64,000 nucleotides of DNA, taken from the NCBI RefSeq assembly GCF_009914755.1, contig NC_060948.1; one strand, 5' to 3'. Below, one piece after another: positions 12,075 to 23,774 of the stretch. Source of the stretch: the human T2T-CHM13v2.0 reference genome, Homo sapiens. The notes under the pieces are model-generated. The model was not told the DNA's origin. It made no database searches and saw only the letters and a program-made list of their open reading frames with translations. Each line of letters starts with the position of its first letter. The stretch's first letter is position 1. A program made the position numbers and the translations under genes.

Positions 12075-14384
12075 AAATCTTTCACCTCCTTGTTTGAGTT
12101 CATACACAAATATTTTGACACTATTAGAAATGGGATTATTTTAATAATTCATTTTACAAATAACTTTTTGTTAGTGTATAAAATGCAAGTAACTCTTGTA
12201 TGTAGATGTTAGGTCCTGCAACCTTATTGAATTTTTTTTGTAACGTAACAGGTTTTTAGTGGAATCTTCAGGTTTCCTACATACATATAAGATCACATCA
12301 TCTGCAAATGGGAGTATTTTACTTCTTTCCTCTCAAATTGGATGGCTTTTTATTCTATTTATTGCCTAATTGCTCTGGTTAAAACTTACAGTGCTTTGCT
12401 AAATGGAAGTGGCAAGAGTACGGATCCTTGTCATGTGTCTGATCTTAGAGGAAAAGCATTCAGTTTTTTAACATTAACTATGATGTTAGCTGAGAACCTG
12501 TCATATACGGCTTTTGCTATGTTGATATAAATTTCTTTTATATGTAGTTTGTTGAGTTTTATGACTCAAGTGTGTTGAATTTTCTCAAACACTTTTTTGC
12601 ATTTATCAAGATGTACATGTGGTTTTTATCCTTCATTCTGTTAATGTGATATATCACATTAATGTCTTTCTGTATGTTTAACCATTCTTGCAACCCAGGG
12701 ATAAATTCCACTTGGTCACAGTGTACATTTTTAAATATGTTATTAAATTTGATTTGCTTGTATTTTCTTCAGGGTTTTTGCAAATATGTTCATCAGAAAT
12801 ATTGGTCTGAAGTTTACTTTTCTTGTAGTGTCTTTGTCTGACTTTGATATTAGAATAATGCTGGACTCATAAAATGAGTTTGAAAGTGTTCCCTCCTTTT
12901 AAATTTTTTGGAAGAATTTGAGTGTGATTGGTTTTATGTATTCTTTAAATGTTTGATAAAATTCATCCATGAAGACATCTGGTCTTGAGGTTGTTTTGTC
13001 GTTGTTGGGAGGTGTTTGATTACTAATTAAATTTCCTTACTTGTCGTTGGTCATTTTAGGTTTTTGATTTCTTAAAAATTCAGTCTTAGTAGGTTGTATG
13101 TCTTAGTAGTCTTAGTAGGTTGTAGTCTTAGTAGGAGTAGGAATTTCTCCATTTCTTCCAAGTTATCTAATTTCTTATTGTATAATTGCTCATACCAATG
13201 TTTGTGATTCTTTTTTATTTCTGTGGAAAGAATTGTAATGTCTTCTTTTAATTTCTAATTTTATTAATTTTAGTCTTCTCTCTTTTCTTCTTAGTCTAGT
13301 TAAATGTTTGTTAATTTTGTTGATTAAAAAACTCAGTTTCATTGATTTGTTCTAATTTTTATTTTATTATTATTATTTTTTGTTTCAGATAGTACCATTT
13401 TCTTTCTTCTGCTAACTTCTGACTTAGTTTGTTATTGTTGTTTTTGAGGTATCAAGTTAGATTGTTAATTTGTGATCTTCCTTTCTTCATTTTTTACAAG
13501 ACTCCTGGATCAGAGACAATCTTCTTTATTAATGTAGGCATTTACCATAACAAACTTCCCATTTAGTACTGCTTTTGCTGTATTCCATGAGTTTTGGTAT
13601 TATGTCTCTTCATTTTAATTTATCTTAAGATATTTTCTGATTTCTCTTTTTATTTCTTCTTTGACCCATTGATTGTTCAGAATTGTGTTTTTAATTTCCT
13701 CATATTTTTGAGTATTCTAATTTTCCTTCTCTTATGGGTTTCTGGTTTCATTCCATTGTGGAGAAAAAGATACTTAGTATGATTTCATTCTTTTAAAATT
13801 TGTTAAGACATTTTGAGAATGTGTATTTTTCTGCTGTTGGATGGAATGTTTTGTATATGACTGGTAGGTCCATTTGGTCTTTAATGATTTGAAGTCTGTT
13901 ATTTCTTTATTTTCTATTTGGATCATGTATTTGGTATTAAGAGTGGGGTATTGAAGTCTTCAGTTATTATTGTATTGCAGTTTATCTCTTTATTCTGTCT
14001 TTTTTATATTTTTAGTTCCTCTGAATAGATGTACATACATGTTTATAATTGTTGGGCCTTCCTGAGGAATTCATCATTATATGTCCTTTTGTGTCTCTTG
14101 TTACAGTGTTTGAATTATAGTCTATTTTGTCTAATATAAGTATTGCCACCCTCATTTCTTTTATTTACATTTGCATAGAATATCTTTTTCTATTCCTCGC
14201 CTTTCAGCCTAAGTCCCTAAATCTCAAGTATGGATTTTTTAGACAGCACATAGGTTTGTTTATTTGTTTTTTTTTAAATATCCATTCAACTACTTTAAGT
14301 CTTTTGATTTTGGATTTTACTTATTTTTATTTTAAATAATTTTACCTTTTTGTTGCTAAAAGAATACATTTTATAATTTTAATA

Positions 14385-15295
14385 TTTTTGCAACTTTTGT
14401 TTTAGAATTAGGGGTATATGTGAAGTGTTGTTACAATGGCATATTGTGTGATGCTGTGGTTTGGAGTACAAATTAATCCATCACTGAGGTAGTGAGCATG
14501 GTACCCAATAGGTAGTTTTTCTCAACATTTACCCCACTTCCTCCCTCTAACTTTTTGAAATCTCCAGCATCTACTGTTCCCATTTTTATGATTGTGTGTG
14601 TCCAATGTTTAGCTTCTACTTATAAGTGAGAACTTGTGGCATTTGGTTTTCTGTTTCTACATTAGTTCACTTAAGATCGTGGTTTCCAGCTGTATCTATG
14701 TTTCTGCAAAGGACATAACTTATTTCTTCTTTATGGCTGCATAGTATTGCATGGTGCATATATACCATATTTTCCTTTTCTAATTCACCATTTATGGACA
14801 CCTAGGATGATTCCATTACTTTGTTATTGTGAATACCACAGTGATGAAAGTATGGATACATGTGTCTTTTTGGTAGGATGGTGGATTTTATTTTGGGTAT
14901 ACACTCAGGAGTGGGATTGCTGGGTTGAATGGTAGTTCAACTCTCAGTTTATTGAGAAATCTCCAAACTGCTTTCCAGAGTGACTGAACTAATTTAAATT
15001 CTCACCAACAGTGTATAAGTGTTCTCTTTTCTCTGCAGCCAAGCCAACATTTTTATTTATTTACTTTTATTTTTCAGCAAAAGCTATTCTGACTGTTGTG
15101 AAATGGTATCTCACTGTGGTTTCAGCTTGCATTTTTCTGATGATTAGCAATGATGAGCATAGTTTTCTATGTTTATTGGCCACTTGTATGTGCTCTTTTG
15201 AGAATCATTTATTGATGTGCTCTGCCCATTTTTTAATGGGCTTATTTGGTTTCTGCTTGTTGGGTTGTTTAAGTTACTAATAGATTCTGGATGTA
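14385..15295 (-). mobile_element. 5'-truncated L1 (L1PA13-16 type) 3' end
   Basis: Antisense 3'UTR motifs 'catattgtgtgatgctgtggtttggagtac' and 'gtagtgagcatggtacccaataggtagttttt'. Confidence 0.8.
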
Positions 15296-15626
15296 ATATA
15301 GAACAAAATTATTTTTTGTAAGTGATTGTTTTATTTTATTCATTACAGTTTCTGAAAAATACAGCTATTCATTTATACCAGTTCTCAAACTATGTATTTG
15401 AACTCCCTGCCAATCATTTATTGCAAAATTTAATGTTGACACTCATTAATCTGATGCCGAGGAGATAGTTTCTTTCTGTCTGACATAAAACAATGATAAA
15501 AGAGACAATAGTTACTTTGATTGCACAATAGTAGAGGAAACATATTTTTTCATGAACAATAAGGATGATTATTTCATTCTTAGCAATATACATGGCTATC
15601 ATTTCTTTTTATGAAGTAAGTAGCCT

Positions 15627-16062
15627 GTTTATTAATTGAATTATTCCAACATTTTTATGTTGGAGTCCCAGCTCCCAGTACCTCCAAATGTGGCCTTATT
15701 TGTAAAAACAATGATTAACCATGTAATTAGTTATGATGATGTTATAATGGAGTAGGGTGATAGTCTAATCCAACATGATTGGTGTCCTTTATAAAAATAT
15801 TTGGGCCTAGATAACTCACAAGGAAAATTTCATGTGATGATAAAGGCAGAGATATGAGTGATGTTTCTGCAAGTGAAGAGCCACCAAAGATCAACAGTAA
15901 ACCATCATAAGTTAGGCAAGAGTCATGAAACAAATTCTTTCTCACAGTAGTCAGCAGAAAGCAGTTCTGCCAATACTTTGATCTTGCACTTCTAACCTCT
16001 AGAACTGTGAAAGAATGCATTATAGTCTTTTAAGCTACCCAGTTTTTGGTGCTTTCTTATAG
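15627..16062 (+). mobile_element. MLT1 (MLT1B/C-like) MaLR LTR, 3' tip lost
   Basis: Motifs 'cccagtacctccaaatgtggccttattt' and 'cttctaacctctagaactgtgaaagaat...taagctacccagtt'. Confidence 0.75.
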
Positions 16063-16655
16063 TGAAGTAAGGCAGATGAGCCAAAAAATTGGGGATTAGA
16101 ATGGAAACTTTCTTGGCTTCACTTTAAAGAAGAATTCAAGTGTGAGCCAGTGGTAATTAAAAGAGCTTTATTGAGGTGGCAGTGTTACAGCTCCATGACT
16201 ACTCCTGCAGAGCAAATCTACCCCACAGGCAGTGGAATGAGAGTAGCAGCTCAGGGGCAGCTCTGCAGTCATATTTATAACCAACTTTTAATTACATGCA
16301 AATGAAGGGGTGGGTTATTCCGAATTTTCTATAAAAAGGTTGGTAATTTCAAGGTCATTCCCATGGAATGGAGATGTAACTTCCGGGTGTTGCCATGGCA
16401 ATGGCAAATTGACATGGCACTGGTGGGCAAGTCTTATGAAGACGTGCTTTGGGTGCCTCTTCCCTGTTTCAGCCAGTCTTCAGTCTGATCCAGAGTAAAA
16501 TCCTGCCTCCTACCTCATTCCTCACTCAGAGATTAGATACTTATTTTTAAATTCAAGGGGTTCACAAAAGGATGGAGATCTGTCTTCTATAACTGCTTCC
16601 TGCTGAGTTCATGGGTGTAGGCTCTTTCCGGCACTGAAGGAGTAAAAATTTTTGA
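16063..16655 (-). mobile_element. MER66-type ERV1 3' LTR (16063-16517) with ~140 bp of adjacent internal sequence
   Basis: Minus strand starts 'tgaggtaggaggcagga' and contains 'ccattgccatggcaacacccggaagttac'. A purine-rich tract precedes the LTR. Confidence 0.7.
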
Positions 16656-16659
16656 ATAA

Positions 16660-16825
16660 AAAAAATCCAGATCCAGAGATAAGAACTACATCACATACAA
16701 GGGAGTCCTGACATACTATCAATGGATTTCTTAACAGAAACCCTGAAGGAAAGAATGGTATGAAATATTCAAAGTTTTGAAAGAAATAATATAAAAACCA
16801 GCAATAAAGAATACTTTAGTTACTT
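16660..16825 (+). mobile_element. Old L1 ORF1 fragment
   Basis: 'catcacatacaaggga...ggatttcttaacagaaaccctgaagg...atattcaaagttttgaaagaaa'. Confidence 0.6.
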
Positions 16826-16892
16826 TAATTGGAAAAACTGTTCTAACATGCAGCAGGTTTGTTTTTGTTTGTTTGTTTGTTTGTTTGTTTTT

Positions 16893-19800
16893 AAGATGGC
16901 TGATTAGGGATGTCAGATTCCAGATCTCCTCAGAAAGATCAAAATTACAAATGAGTGGCCATGATTTGAATGGAAAGCTGAAGAAAGAAGGCCTGGATCT
17001 CTTTGAGAGCCCAGGGGAAACAGCTGGTGTGCCTAAAAGGCAAACAGCAAATATATTAAGTATATTGCAAAAACTAATCCCCCAAAGAACTCGGAGCTCC
17101 ATGAAAAGGACAGGTTCGAGTGCTTCTGTACTTTCCTCATGCCTGCAACAATCTGCTGACCACTAAATTGTTGGGGAGGCCTTCTGTCTTAGTTACCCTG
17201 GGCAATGCTTTTGGTGGCTGTTTGGGAAATTGCCAGGGACAGAGCACTGTGCGGTCAGTTCACACAGATGCACCCACATTCTTCTCAGGGCTGAACCGAG
17301 ATGGTCGGAGACATACTGTTTGTGTACCCAATGTGAGCCACTGCTTTGTCTAGGGAAACTCAGCTCTTATATCATTGCATCACCAGATATCCTGCAAACA
17401 TACCCCAAAACTTGCTCTGACTTTGGCAATGAGAGGAGACTGCCGAGTTTCTGCGAAGCTGCATAATCCCTGAAGATCTAGCCTTCAGCAGGGGCCACCC
17501 CTATGGAACAGGGAGAACACAGACCATCAAAGCCACCTTGGGACAAAGGAAATGTAAACAAAGCACCAATCACTGAGGGTGGTAGCACCAGTGACTGGGA
17601 ACAGACGTGGAGAAGGGGTAATCTTGTGCTGCCCCATCGACTGTCACAGACACAGTAGAGGCTCTCACACTGGGATTTGGTGTGAGTCTACTTGGAGACA
17701 ACCTTCCCATTGCTTTATACAGTGGTTTCACTCCCATTGCAAGTAAGACCATACTGAATGGGCATGCACAAAATATGAGGCCCATCTTCCCCTTTTACAC
17801 AGAGCAATAAAATCCTGGCAACAGCAGGCAGACAAGTCACAGAGCTTTCTGTGCTGGACTGAGGGATGTATCTCTGCCTCGAGCTTGTTTTGATGGTAGC
17901 TGCCAGAGGGGAAATAATACAGACTCACACTTCAGTTAGGAGCCAAAGAACAGTATCCATATGAATTGAAGGTCATGAGCCCTGTTATGGGGCATCATAA
18001 GGAAGAAGATTGTATTTCTGCCTGCCCAGGATGAGAAGCTGGTGCAGCCTTTACCCCCTTATTCCTATCCTGGATGCTTCAGTGCATTCCAACATGATCT
18101 CCCCCTCAGTGCTCCCCAAGAAAGTAGATGCCTATATTTATTATCAAGCTACCAGAGAGTGAGCTGGCTCTTACTCTAAAGCACCATTTACTCTACTGGA
18201 GAGTAAACTTCACTACCAAATACAAAACTTACTACTAAAAAGGCATAGTGCCAGTGTATGATATAAGCTTCCTGAGATTTCTGCATTCTCGGACCCACAG
18301 GAGATAGTCAGATCATATGTTCAGTACATTGGTACAACAAGATGCATTTGGGAAAATTATTGCAAAAGAGCTATCCACAACTAAGGAACCCATACAAAAC
18401 CTGTGCACCTTGAAAACATCCAGAAATAAAACCAAATGATTTTACACAAGATACACCACAGTAACAACCTCAAGGGAAAAAAAGAATAAATAATAAAGAA
18501 GTCCCATCCAAATGATAGCAAACACAAAACTGAGAAGTGACACTGCTTCAGAGGAGGAAAAAAATCATTGCAAGAACTCTGGCAGTACAAAAAGACAGAT
18601 TGTTTCAACATCTCCAGCAGAATGGACTCGCTATCTCAGTATAGATCCTAAACAAAATGAAAATTCTGAAATGAGAAATAAGGAATTCAAAATATGGATT
18701 ATAATGAAGCTCAAAGAGATGAAATAGAACATTAAAAACAAACAAAAAAAACCAGAGAAATGATTCAGGATAGGGAAGATGAGATAGCTATGTTAAAAAT
18801 ATAGAATTTTTGGAATTAAAAAATAAAAGAAAATTCAAATAGAATTGAAACCTTCAAAAGTTGACTAGATCAAACAGAAGAATTCCAGAATTTGAAAACT
18901 GGTCTTTCAAATTAATCCAATCAGAAAATATTTTTTAAATAATTTTTAAAAATCAACAAAGCCTTTGAGAAATATGAGATGAGGAAATGTGACCAAACCT
19001 ATGATTTATATGCATTCTTGAGAGAGAAGAACAAAAAGTAAGCAATTTGGAAAACATATTTGTGGCAATAATTCAGGAACATTACCCTAATATTGCTAGA
19101 GAGATAAACATCCAGATACAAAAAATTCAGAGAATGACTGCAAGATACTACACAAGATGAACATCACCAAGACATGTAGTCATCCAGACTATCCCAGGTC
19201 AAACGTACTGAAAAAAATCATAAAGCAGATAGAGAAAGGGGGACAAATCCCATGCAAAGATAATCCCATCAGACTGTCAACAGACTGCTCCACAGAAAAC
19301 AGAAGAGAATGTTGCTCTATTTTGAGCCTTCTAAAAGAAACAGAAATGCCATCCAAAATTTTCATATCCTGCCAAACAAAGCTTCATAAATAAAGCAGAA
19401 AAATGTATTTCCTATACAAGGAAACACGAAGATAATTTGTCATCATGCCACCACTAGATTGTACATACAAAGAAATGCTCAAATGAGTTCTCAGCATGGA
19501 AATAAAAAAGATCATACTTCTATCAAAATGCACATGTAAATATAAACTTCACAGATCCTATAAAGTAATTATACAATTGAGACTACAGCAACTAGCTAAC
19601 AACAGTATAACAGGAACAAAACCTCACATATCAATATTATCCTTTAATGTAAATAGCTTAAATGTTCCACTAAAAGGTATAGAATGGCAAATTGGATTTA
19701 AAAAATAAAACACAAGACCAAACCATATGTTGCTTTTAAGAGATCTACTTAAAGTGTCATGACATCCATAGGCTCACAGTAAATGAGTGAAGAAATATAT

Positions 19801-22800
19801 TTCACATACGTGGAAAACAAAACAGAGCAAGGTTGCTATTCTTGTATCACACCACATAAGCCAGACTTTAAACAAACAACAGTAAAGACAGACAAAAAAG
19901 GCACTGTGTAATGACATAGGGTTCAATTCAACAAGAAGGTTTATCTATTCTAAATATATATGCACCCAACACCAAAGAAGCCAGATTTATAAAACAAATG
20001 CTAATATGACTAAGAAAAGAGATAGACATTCATAAAATAATAGACGGGAGTTCAATACTTCATTGACAGCAGTAGAAAAATATTTGATGCAGACTCTGGT
20101 CTTAAACTGTACTCTTGACCAATTGAAACTAATAGATAAATCAGAATATTTCATCCAACAATGGCACGATATACATTTTTCTATTCTGTGCATGAAATAT
20201 AGTCAATTTATGGATTTCATGCACAGATGAAAATTCACAGATTAATTCCCCAAAACTAATCATATACTTGTTCATAAAGCAAGTTTCAATATACTTTTAA
20301 AAATCTATCACTATATCAGATCAAGTATATTCTCAGACCACAGTGGAATAAATCTAGGAATCTATACCAAGAGGAGTCCTCAAAGCCATACAAGAACAAG
20401 GAAAATAAACAACTTGCTTTTGAATGACTTTGTGTAAACAATAAAATTCAGGCAAAAATTAAAATTTTTTGAAACAAATGAAAATATAGACACTGCACAC
20501 CAAAACTTCTCAGATGCAGCAAAAGTAGTATTAAAAGGAAAGTTTCTAAAACTAAATGTTTATTTCAAAAAGATAAAAGATTTCAAGTGACAACCTAATA
20601 TCACACTTCAAAGCACTGGAACAACAGAAACAATTCAAACCCAAGGACAGTCGAAGAAAAAAATAACAAAAATCATAGTAGAACTAAATGAAATTAAGGC
20701 CAAATAAATAATACAAAGGATCAACAAAATGACAAGTTTGTTTTTTTGAAAGTAAAAATTGATAGACAGCTAGCTAGATTAAGAAAAGCAATTCAAATAA
20801 GCACAATTAGAAATGATAAAGGTTATATTACAACTGATACCACAGCAATACAAAAGACCATCAAAGATTACTGTGAACATCTCTACATGCACAAACTAGA
20901 GAGCATAAAGAAAATGGAAAAATTCCTGGAAACATGCAAACTTCCAAGATTGAACCAGGAAGAAATAGATTAGACATAGATTTCTATTTCTTCCTGGTTC
21001 AATCTTGGAAGTTTGCATGTTTCCAGGAATTTTCTATGCCAATAATGAGTTATGAAATTGAATCAGTGATAAAACATCTACCAACCAAAGCCCAGGATCA
21101 TATGGATTTAGAGCTAAATTCTACCAGGAGTACAACAAAATCTGGTACGAATGTTACTAAAACTACTACAAAAAATAAAGGAGTAGACATGCCTCCCTAA
21201 CTCATTCTATGAAACCAGTATTATTCTGACACCAAAATCTAGCAAGAATGCAACACAAAAGTAAACTTTAGGTCAATATTCTTGATAAACATAGACACAA
21301 AATTCACAACCAAATACTGGTAAACAGTATCTACCAGCAAGCCAAAAACATAATTTATCATCATCAAGTGGGGTTTATCCCAGAAATGCAAGGATGGTTC
21401 AACATATGAAAATGTGTTATTTACAACATATTCAGAAATAACAACAAAAAGCACATGATCATCTCAATAGTTGCAGATAAAATTCAGCATCCCTTTATGA
21501 TAAAAACCCTCAACAACGTAGGCATCAAACAAATATATTTCAAATTAGTAACAGCCATGTATGACAACCCACAGCCAACATCATACTTAATGAGGAAAAA
21601 TTGAAAGCATTCCTCCTAAGAACTAGTATAAGACAGGGATGTCCACTCTCATCACTTTTCTTCAACATAGTACTGAAAGCCCTACCCAGAGAAACTAGGG
21701 AGGAAAAAAAAAACATCCAAGTTGGAAAAGAGAAAATCAAATTATCTCTGTTTGCTGATCAGATGATCTTATATCTGGAAAATCTGAAGATTGCTCCAGA
21801 AGACTTTCACATCTGATAAACAACTTCAACAAAGTTTTAGGATACAAAATTAATGCACAAATACTAGTTGCATTTCTATACACCAACAATGCTCAATTTA
21901 AGAGCCAAATCAATAAATCAATCTTAGTTAAAATAGCCACAAAAATATCTATGAATACCTTTAACCAGGAAGGTGAAAGACCTATATAAGGAAAACTACA
22001 ATACACTGATGAAATAAATTGTAGACAACACAAATGAAAGAACATGCTATGCCCATGGATAGAATCAATATGATTAAAATGAATATACACCCCAAAGCAT
22101 TCTACAGATTCAATACAATTCTTATGAAAATACCAACATCGTTTTTCACAGAGTTAGACAAAACAATTCTAAAATTCATATGGAAACAAAGAAGAGCCCA
22201 AGATAGCCAAAGCAATCGTAAGCAATAAGAACAAAGTTGGAAACATCACATTGTCTGACTGCAAACTATGCTACAAGGAGATAGTAACCCAAACAGCACT
22301 GCACAGGGACAAAAATAGACACATAAATCAATAGAATAGAAAAAGAAACCAGAAATAAAGCCACATACCTACAACTAACTGATTCTTGACAAAGTAAACA
22401 CAAGTAAACATTGGGGAAAGGACATCCTATTCAATAAATGCTTCAGGAAGAACAGGCTAGCTAAATGTTGAATAATGCAACTGGACCATTATCTCCCACT
22501 GCATAGAAAAATTAACTCAAGATGGAGTAAAAGTTTACATTTTAGACTGGATTATCAAAAAGTTCTGGAAGAAAACCTAGGAAAATGTCTTTTGGACATT
22601 GGCCTAGGTAAAGAATTTATGGCTAAGGCATCAAAGGCCAGTGCAACAAAAACAAAAATATACAAGTTAAAATTAAATAAAAGGGCTTCTGCACAACAAA
22701 AGACACTAACAACAGACTAAATTGATAACCTACAGCGTGGAAGAAAATATTTGCAAACTGAGTCTGATAAATGACTAATACTCATAATCTAAAAGGAATT

Positions 22801-23495
22801 TAAACAAATCAACACTAAGAAACCAATAACCTCATCAAATAGTGAGCAAGGAGATGAACAGACACTTCTCAAAGAAGACATATAATGAGTCAACAAATAT
22901 ATGAAAAAAGACTCAATATTACAAATCATCATATACATGCAAATTAACACCACAATGAAATCCATCTCATAAGAGTTGGAATGGCTATTATTAAATACTC
23001 AAAAAATAAAAGATGTTGGTGAGGATGTAGAGAAAAAGGGACACTTATTTACCATTACTTGTACTGTAAATTAGTTCAACCCCTAAGGTAATCAGTATCC
23101 AGATTTCTCAAAGAACTAAAAACAGAACTGCCATTTGACCCAGCAACCCCACTGCTGCTTCTCTCTCCAAAGGAAGAGAAATCATTCTACCAAAAAGACA
23201 CCTGCACTCATATGTTTATGGCAGTCCTATTCACAGTAACAAAGTCATGGAATCAACCTAAGTGTCAGTCCATGGTTGATTGTGCAAAGAAAATGTCGTA
23301 TATATACAGCATGAAATCCCATGCAGCCATAAAAAATAATAATGCCTTTGTAGCAACATGGTTGGAGCGAGAGGCCATTAACCTAAATGAAATAACTCAA
23401 AAACAGAAAAACAAATACTGCATAGTCTCACCTTTAGGAGTTAAGCAGTGGGTACACATGGAACAAATATGGAAATAATAGACACAGAAATCCAG
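16893..23495 (+). mobile_element. Near full-length decayed L1 (L1PB3/4 or L1PA16/17-like)
   Basis: 5' 'aagatggc' start, long 5'UTR, ORF1 remnants (~18450-19530), ORF2 from ~19607 (ITGTKPHISILSFNVN; RQGCPLS...[11 protein letters not shown]), and the beginning of the 3'UTR. Many stops and frameshifts. Confidence 0.88.
20919..21033. repeat. Perfect 51-bp inverted repeat with a 13-nt spacer
   Basis: 20919-20969 is the exact reverse complement of 20983-21033. Confidence 0.97.
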
Positions 23496-23770
23496 TATAT
23501 ATATATACACACACATATATAGTTAATAATAATGTATATTTCTATTATTACAATATAATAATATGTACTTTTAATACATAATATGTATTTTAATAATGTA
23601 TTTTAAAATTATATTAACTATATATAGTTAATATTAATGTATATTTAAAAATTGTTAAGAGAATGCAATTCAAATTTCTCATTAAAAGTGATAGCAAGTG
23701 ATGTAATAGTAATTTAGCTTTATTTAATCTTCCACGTTGTGTGTTTGTGTGTGTGTATGTGTGTGTGTGT
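23496..23770 (+). repeat. AT-rich low-complexity tract, L1MA-type 3'UTR fragment and (TG)n
   Basis: TA-rich 23496-23645, then 'tttaaaaattgttaagagaat...tagctttatttaatcttccac', then TG repeat 23738-23770. Confidence 0.55.
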
Positions 23771-23774
23771 ACAC

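Larger units (their letters stand above)
3680..14340 (-). mobile_element. Old L1 (L1MA/L1MB type), 3'UTR plus ORF2, split into 3680-4642, 5324-6304 and 12075-14340 by LTR insertions
   Basis: Antisense L1 3'UTR/ORF2 motifs ('ggcaaccaccattctactctctgcttctatgagtt', 'gatttgcatttctctgataattagtga', 'gccagtaccata', 'gggattgcattgaatc'). The sequence joins colinearly across both TSD-flanked insertions. Confidence 0.85.
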
